From positions 1-64,000 of IMG/VR virus record IMGVR_UViG_3300025133_005699: a stretch of 64,000 bases of DNA. The stretch is one strand, 5' to 3'. Positions 59,301-64,000 of this stretch are shown here, in pieces. The stretch comes from a virus. The position numbers were made by a program, and so were the translations under genes. The notes below the pieces were generated by a model. It searched no databases, was not told the origin of the DNA, and saw nothing but the letters and a program-made list of their open reading frames with translations. Positions within the stretch are counted from its first letter, which is position 1, and every line of letters starts with the position of its first letter.

Positions 59301-60096
59301 CATTCTACCTTACATTTGGGAGCCGACTAAGGGGGAAAATATAGATGAAGATGCCGATACGTCTGGTGGAGCAGATCATTTTTATAACCAGCACGTATCT
59401 CCTACTTCCAGAGATTTAGACCCATATGCTTTGAGTAGGGATGATCCAAATATGCCTGCGAGAATGAAAGAATTCGTTAAGCTTGATTTTGGGGCAGTTC
59501 TGATGGATGACTTTAATTGGCTAATTGGTAAGAGTCCCCTTACGGGCGAAACAAACAACATGCATCTATCTTTCAATGGTAATACTGTTCCTAGCGATGT
59601 TGACGAGGTAAGAACATTTGGCTTGCGTGGCCCACTACTGCTGTCTGGTTGGGGTTATGACGTTATGGGGCATCCTGTTCCCGGAAAGGCAGATGGTAAT
59701 TTTGAACCACTTAATCCCGCAGAAAATAGAGCGAGCTGGAAAACCGGCCCTGTTGATTTAAAATGGGACGATGAGCGTCAGGTTTGGGCTGGCGGACTTC
59801 AGTTTGTAGAGGGGATTCTCGAAACCAAGATTGAACCAGCTGAAGATGCTATTGATACGCCAGACACTACGGGCACAATGAAAGTATATAGGCGTACCAA
59901 TAAGGTCGCAGGGATGGAATGGAGCGAGGAAGACGAACATGGAGAATATGGAATTATAACCCTTACAAACCGTGACCCCTCTTTGTCTGTTGATCCCGGC
60001 GCCGCTGACTATGATATATATGTAATGGCGGTGAGGATTAATCAAGAGTGGCGAGTAGTTTATGTAAGTTGTGACAACAAAAGCACAGGAGCATAA
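56311..60096 (+). CDS. Tail-tip hub/baseplate-type protein, 1261 aa
   Basis: FTSSVGYG..SSTMQMTLVED N-terminus; GPYITKMDVSVGTGGITTKYQFST; position. Confidence 0.5.
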   Translation: MVQLTEPLKMFGVYVESFTSSVGYGAESSTMQMTLVEDPDDNITIKHSLDGGATFVDGFPEVGTVCQFAFEGFEFVGIFQRYNYSESTGGRKYDVTFESPSKILDGVQVILSGFEGTGFWDKPFYPSTDWNFTSQLNNVYNPFGIKENYTWGGTFGYSDYNSAGFPVVDDPNQTGLAAKGLLTMIEEISQSKYTYDNPNGAAIHTSVNSSGEELIGGPICYGDSKFVIDFGNLKTIVPDFFRLKGPTKSINAILQECCELIVHDYVTIIDPVYTQVQTGYSVARPTSFAPGVPQGQYKKVIRNGVVPIQYDVNGNVTGPVISFKYLDKSEQPRPGVVADLVAAAKQNDTLISANNGQEYADVVTQKMIIGDQATRVWEAGMEYLIPVYGKDLNGNWLVGTGFGDQDFAPVALGNGGVYQARIQEFRSAMSGFEQWQLYHELGGFYGYSNVGNPLYGSIAMGTSAAMSAFLQNTMPGGAVLPGFNGDWHRRMLMDGRGAASEGAGRGQQKEIFDAVLNAATNYWGKTYFVLLPVEPGGYDNNIRYKNAFETEAAWEITDAGWDPDFRVKDISMYNDEGALKACAGYYPSISSGRTSAAKMKDFGNIEKTVPYTLPGSTTLVGSEIKVDKQIYWMNNPYHQNNNNPYDDVSAMVHIECPQVWEFDPNASEKAALDSTMGLGAFSAAFLHTPGWGGSIDVEGEQYWLEVENPDTGNKTTEYYNTSSYSSFENEMMAMRYSPRVVRPFKVSIPQKSNRYSWGPWYRFSTKIGKAEVEQNSQLKPETFGSRALLDKAGAALTYAGTADLYASESGSVDLAEFPQYNIADRFDTNGPYITKMDVSVGTGGITTKYQFSTWTRNFGKIAKYNIDRIAKINKDKIKAQKEGTVARFSTNQKSSVNALQQHANVLNPIDTNFMSGLQVPALPAGGANSNSLGSTVMSMSTKNAASLHFSSGRGVSFHGKNAPSYNFSFGCTPEQLWSPVGIRKAPTEGKDPQGNPDILPYIWEPTKGENIDEDADTSGGADHFYNQHVSPTSRDLDPYALSRDDPNMPARMKEFVKLDFGAVLMDDFNWLIGKSPLTGETNNMHLSFNGNTVPSDVDEVRTFGLRGPLLLSGWGYDVMGHPVPGKADGNFEPLNPAENRASWKTGPVDLKWDDERQVWAGGLQFVEGILETKIEPAEDAIDTPDTTGTMKVYRRTNKVAGMEWSEEDEHGEYGIITLTNRDPSLSVDPGAADYDIYVMAVRINQEWRVVYVSCDNKSTGA

Positions 60097-60098
60097 CT

Positions 60099-63000
60099 AT
60101 GGGTAGGCCAGCGTGCAGCTCTTGTTGTAAAGTAATAGAAATCCTCCCTACGAGGAGCGGGTGTCGTGACCAATACTATAAAGTATATTATAAGTTAGGG
60201 GGTGGCGGATGGAAGACGTCCGATGAATATGATGACCACTTGCAAAATAATGAGCTTAAGTTAGGCGACAAAATAGGTGCTGCTTGGCGTTCCACCCGCA
60301 ATAAATCCCCAGCGACAGCCACAGTCACCATAACTGATGTTGCTGAGCTTGCTATCGGAGACAAAGTGACTCTGCGGGCAACAGATGCCCCAGCTACGGA
60401 TATTGATTTTAGCGTAGCCTTGGCCGGACCTAATACTTGGGCTGTTGCCTTAACAAACGCCGCCACGGCAACTAGCTTGGCAGCAGCGATTGACGACCAC
60501 CCCGATTTTAGCGCTTCGGCAGTCGGTGAGGTTGTAACGATCACGCAGGAAACCAAGGGGCTGGCAGGAAACACCCCCGTGACGTTAACAGATGCCGGAA
60601 TTGCTGGCATGACCTCGACAGATTTCGTTGATGGCAGCGATAGTAAAGCCCACAGATTCCCCTTCGATTGGAGTGGTCGCCGTTGGGACGGATCGATGGG
60701 CTACAACGCCGTTTTTCCATATACCATTACCAACATAGTGGCGACGGGACCAAATGGTGAACCTACTAAGATTGAACTTACACCTCTACCTTGGGGTGGC
60801 TATCCGGCAGTCGGTAGCCCCTTCGTGATCGACGTAACAGAAACAAGCACCTATGAACTAAGAAAAGAGGACGGCATTGTCGTGTGGAATAAGAAGGGTT
60901 TTAAAGGTCTAACAGCAATAAAGTATGTCCTTACCAAGTCTGATTATGGTGAATACCTTTTGGGCAAAACAGAAGATTGGCCCGCAGTCAGCTGTTGGAC
61001 TTTCGGTCAGGACTTTTATAATCCAAACGATACAGATGCTGAGATAATGGATAATTTCAAATCTGGGGATCAAGACGTTGGCTGGCATCTACCAGCCCGT
61101 TGGACCGCTACGATTGGCGATGCTAATGGGCAAAATATAGTAGTTACTAAACAGATTTCTGGGAACATCTCGCGCGCAAGTTTCGAAAGAAAGCCAAGCC
61201 CAGATCATATACCACCAACCGTGTTGATGAATGTTGACTGTAGGGATAATCTAGGGGTCGATCAATCTGGTCGCATAGACTGTCTGCCCTCAGAGAAAGA
61301 TGCTTTTGGTCAATGCCCGACTGTTAAGCCGGTTCTTGCTTGGAAAGATTGGTTAATCAACAACGGCTATCTAAAGCCCGGCACTTACGGGGGAGTTGTA
61401 GATTCAGGTAAACCTAGTAATTTCTCAGTTCAGGTTACAGATTATTTTGTAGAACATACTACAAAAATAACCCACAATGGAAAAATAATATCTGACACCG
61501 TTACAGAGACGCTCTATAAGACCGAGCGGAGGCTATTTAATTTTGGAGTTGATACCTACGCGGGAACTTGCACCAGCTTCCGAATGGGTATGAAGATATC
61601 AGGCCAAGGGGGGGCCGTTTCAAGTACATTGTGGGGCACCAACATGGACGAGTATACTTCGCTAAGTTACTGTCTTACGTATCCATTTTTTAGCCATGAA
61701 CACGGTACATATTATTTCCGCAACGGTGTGGATGTCGATTTCACCCCACCTCCAGACGGAACAATAGAGGATACGGATGGAATAGAATTTTATCATGCAG
61801 ATAAAAAATTGTTTAACAAAATAAGTGTAGAGTCTACAGAGTTTAGGGTGTTCAACCCATACTCGAATGCAGGCCCTGAGGGGGTGGGGAGAGTGGTAAC
61901 AGGTAGCGAGCTTGAGGACTATACTACCATTGATCCACGTTTTAAACCCCAAAACCCATATCCGTACTATGGAGGTATACAGGCCGCAGAACATGGGGAC
62001 AGTCTTAACACTTGGCAAACGTGGTATGTAACTCCGCCGAGCGCTATATATACTGACAACAAGCTGAGCCTTTCGAGAGAAGAGCCTCAAAGTATAGTGG
62101 CGGAGGATCAATCTCTAGATAAGATAGTGGAACTCCCAGTGGGTTGGCCTAGAGTTGATGGAAAGCTCGGTCAGTCAGTTGAAACATTTGAAAAATATAT
62201 GCTCTCGAACCCCAGAAAACACGAAGAAGGCGGCCCATATATTGATATTATTTTTGTGTCATTCAGAACGAAGAGGGGTGCTGATGAATCTGGGATAGAT
62301 ATTGAAGAAGGTATGGAAGTATATCATCCTGTGGGAGATGATGATAAATATACCATTAAACAAATATTAGAACAGGGGCCAAATCTTAAGCCTACCAAAG
62401 TCAGGATTAGTAGTGGTAGGATCATGAATGATAAGGTTGTTGATGTATCAGAGATTGAGCTATTAGAAGACGTACTTCAATACACTATGTGTGAACGTAC
62501 ATATAAATTACAGTTGGTATACCTCAAAGCTTTGAGCACAAAAGAGGGTAAAGATTATTATAATCCATTTAAATATAGGGTTACGCGGATTGATCTTATT
62601 AATCCGGACATTGATATAGATCGTGTAGGGAGTGAGATTTCCGGGAGCCCACAGATGGTAGATATTGAGGTGGGCGTTAAGGTTTTATATCCTATTGGGC
62701 AGTTTGACGCGAATGGTGATGCGATAGTTCCCGATGAATACACTATTGACGAAATAGTGGAGCCTGCGCCAGACTCTGAAAACGCTGGAGACGAACCCAC
62801 TAAGGTTAGGCTTAGCAACCCATTAGCCGGTGCTGATGGAGATGTGGTTGACGTGTCAGAGATTGAGCTGATAAACCCAAATGAAAACCCGACCTATATA
62901 AAGATGACGAATAACTGGACGCTTGATGTGTGGGATAGTCGAGCCGATTGGCTTGAAAGGGCCTACGGTTTTGATGTTTTTGGAGAAAGTTATTATTTGA

Positions 63001-63518
63001 GCCTAACCGAAGGAAACCCTGCAAATTTAGAGCCCGTTAAGTCATTACCAAAAGGTGTACGTAACACCCTTGTTACTAGTGAATTCGCCTTTGAAGAGTA
63101 TACTAGTACAACGGAGGAACTGGTAGACAAAAGAAAACAGGGTGCGACATATGGACAACATTCAAGGGAGAAAGGTGTCGAAAATGATAATATCTTTGCC
63201 AGCAGAGACAAGATGTTTCCGAAACAAACTCATTGGGTTATTGGAACGTATAATATGGGACGAGAGGCCCTAGCGTTCCAACACAAAGAAGATGGCACAG
63301 CGATGAGGCATAGCGGCGGCGCGAGGGTGACAAACCCGAAGGCTGGCTTGGGGGGTGGGTTTCCCAACGGGCAAGGTGGGAATCCTTGGAATTCCTATTA
63401 TCTTGGTCCACGCTGGGAGAATAGACAGCTACCTCAATCCGGGTATTTCTTTGGTGGAGGTTTCAAATTAAAATTTTATTTACAGGATATAGATGAATGG
63501 AAAAAAAAGCAGCTATAG
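60099..63518 (+). CDS. Large mosaic tail/receptor-binding-type protein, 1139 aa
   Basis: N-terminal CSSCC; three YTI..PTK..DV.E units; late tail cluster. Confidence 0.5.
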   Translation: MGRPACSSCCKVIEILPTRSGCRDQYYKVYYKLGGGGWKTSDEYDDHLQNNELKLGDKIGAAWRSTRNKSPATATVTITDVAELAIGDKVTLRATDAPATDIDFSVALAGPNTWAVALTNAATATSLAAAIDDHPDFSASAVGEVVTITQETKGLAGNTPVTLTDAGIAGMTSTDFVDGSDSKAHRFPFDWSGRRWDGSMGYNAVFPYTITNIVATGPNGEPTKIELTPLPWGGYPAVGSPFVIDVTETSTYELRKEDGIVVWNKKGFKGLTAIKYVLTKSDYGEYLLGKTEDWPAVSCWTFGQDFYNPNDTDAEIMDNFKSGDQDVGWHLPARWTATIGDANGQNIVVTKQISGNISRASFERKPSPDHIPPTVLMNVDCRDNLGVDQSGRIDCLPSEKDAFGQCPTVKPVLAWKDWLINNGYLKPGTYGGVVDSGKPSNFSVQVTDYFVEHTTKITHNGKIISDTVTETLYKTERRLFNFGVDTYAGTCTSFRMGMKISGQGGAVSSTLWGTNMDEYTSLSYCLTYPFFSHEHGTYYFRNGVDVDFTPPPDGTIEDTDGIEFYHADKKLFNKISVESTEFRVFNPYSNAGPEGVGRVVTGSELEDYTTIDPRFKPQNPYPYYGGIQAAEHGDSLNTWQTWYVTPPSAIYTDNKLSLSREEPQSIVAEDQSLDKIVELPVGWPRVDGKLGQSVETFEKYMLSNPRKHEEGGPYIDIIFVSFRTKRGADESGIDIEEGMEVYHPVGDDDKYTIKQILEQGPNLKPTKVRISSGRIMNDKVVDVSEIELLEDVLQYTMCERTYKLQLVYLKALSTKEGKDYYNPFKYRVTRIDLINPDIDIDRVGSEISGSPQMVDIEVGVKVLYPIGQFDANGDAIVPDEYTIDEIVEPAPDSENAGDEPTKVRLSNPLAGADGDVVDVSEIELINPNENPTYIKMTNNWTLDVWDSRADWLERAYGFDVFGESYYLSLTEGNPANLEPVKSLPKGVRNTLVTSEFAFEEYTSTTEELVDKRKQGATYGQHSREKGVENDNIFASRDKMFPKQTHWVIGTYNMGREALAFQHKEDGTAMRHSGGARVTNPKAGLGGGFPNGQGGNPWNSYYLGPRWENRQLPQSGYFFGGGFKLKFYLQDIDEWKKKQL

Positions 63519-64000
63519 GCATTAACGGACAAAGCTTTGCGGGACAATGCTATCGATGTTGGACATCATGTGGTAGCGAAATAGCTAAGTTTGCAAGTAA
63601 ATTTCCTCAGGGTATTTCTGTTGACGCTCAAAATGGCGCCAGTAATCCTAACCTTTTATATACAATAATCGGCGATCTTAGCGAATCGCGGCTTTATGAC
63701 CAGTCATCCTATTGGGATGAGAATCCCGGGTATAGTCTTTTTCCTGTAAATCTTACGGATGGGGTTTTTACTGTTCGGAACAAAGAAGCAACTATAGATG
63801 GCTGTGAACCTGAGGAAGAGAGAATAATCCCCAACTTTTGGGACCCCAGCGAGCCGCCACGGATTGTTCCTGCGGTTGATTGTATAGGCCCTCCTAATTG
63901 TGGCTATTGGACAAATCCAAATAATCCCCAAACCGGTGGTCCATCCCCCGATCTGAGTACCAAGAAGTGGGTGAAAGGCGACTGTACGACCACACAAGAC
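63497..64000 (+). CDS. Partial Cys/Pro/Trp-rich tail-region protein running off the window (MEKKAAIGINGQSFAGQCYRC...)
   Basis: ATG at 63497 with CAGGA SD; 168 codons open to the edge; not in the ORF track. Confidence 0.7.
   Translation, partial: MEKKAAIGINGQSFAGQCYRCWTSCGSEIAKFASKFPQGISVDAQNGASNPNLLYTIIGDLSESRLYDQSSYWDENPGYSLFPVNLTDGVFTVRNKEATIDGCEPEEERIIPNFWDPSEPPRIVPAVDCIGPPNCGYWTNPNNPQTGGPSPDLSTKKWVKGDCTTTQD

Noticed and set aside
60310-60640. Ala/Thr block as evidence of a contractile tail sheath
   Set aside because: Only a ~110-aa insert in another protein; no sheath gene lies beside the tube gene
4638-63997. Many short antisense and alternate-frame ORFs in the track (e.g. 20570..21382, 36814..37419, 49036..49680, 63704..63997)
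   Set aside because: They overlap well-supported plus-strand genes and lack SDs or recognisable motifs
1-64000. Stop-codon reassignment, as in some large phages
   Set aside because: Long genes are intact in code 11, and TAG, TGA and TAA all end genes with the next gene starting close by
1-64000. CRISPR array, tRNA, rRNA, integrase, transposase, reverse transcriptase/DGR, intein in TerL
   Set aside because: None recognisable by eye; the repeats found are in-frame coding repeats without spacers

Overview
The window is the virion-morphogenesis (late) region of a large tailed dsDNA phage, read in standard code 11. No tail sheath gene is visible, so it is probably siphovirus-like. Plus-strand order from 4572: acidic protein, phage sigma factor, probable TerS, gmd, HNH, methyltransferase, ERCC4 nuclease, ClpP, TerL, portal, protease/scaffold, decoration protein, major capsid protein, fibre genes with an embedded glycan-tailoring cassette, neck genes, tail tube, two paralogous chaperone-like genes, a 3555-aa tape measure protein (TMP), and giant tail-tip proteins. 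A minus-strand sugar-modification operon occupies 612-4342, and the left edge carries small genes with host-type promoters. An NPYxxP membrane peptide tentatively suggests a Planctomycetota host. Main candidates for novelty: (1) the TMP looks like a polyprotein, with five AxGG-bracketed DTVPAMLxPGEFV modules separating cargo blocks, one with a PD-(D/E)xK-like nuclease signature; (2) a late promoter motif TGTGTATW-N6-TR at eight intergenic sites, plus a short phage sigma factor; (3) a terminator-like leader in front of the TMP; (4) a dispersed fucose/sulfate/pyruvate/methyl glycan toolkit linked to structural genes; (5) tail chaperones apparently made by gene duplication rather than frameshifting. 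All calls come from motifs read by eye and gene order; no database searches were run.
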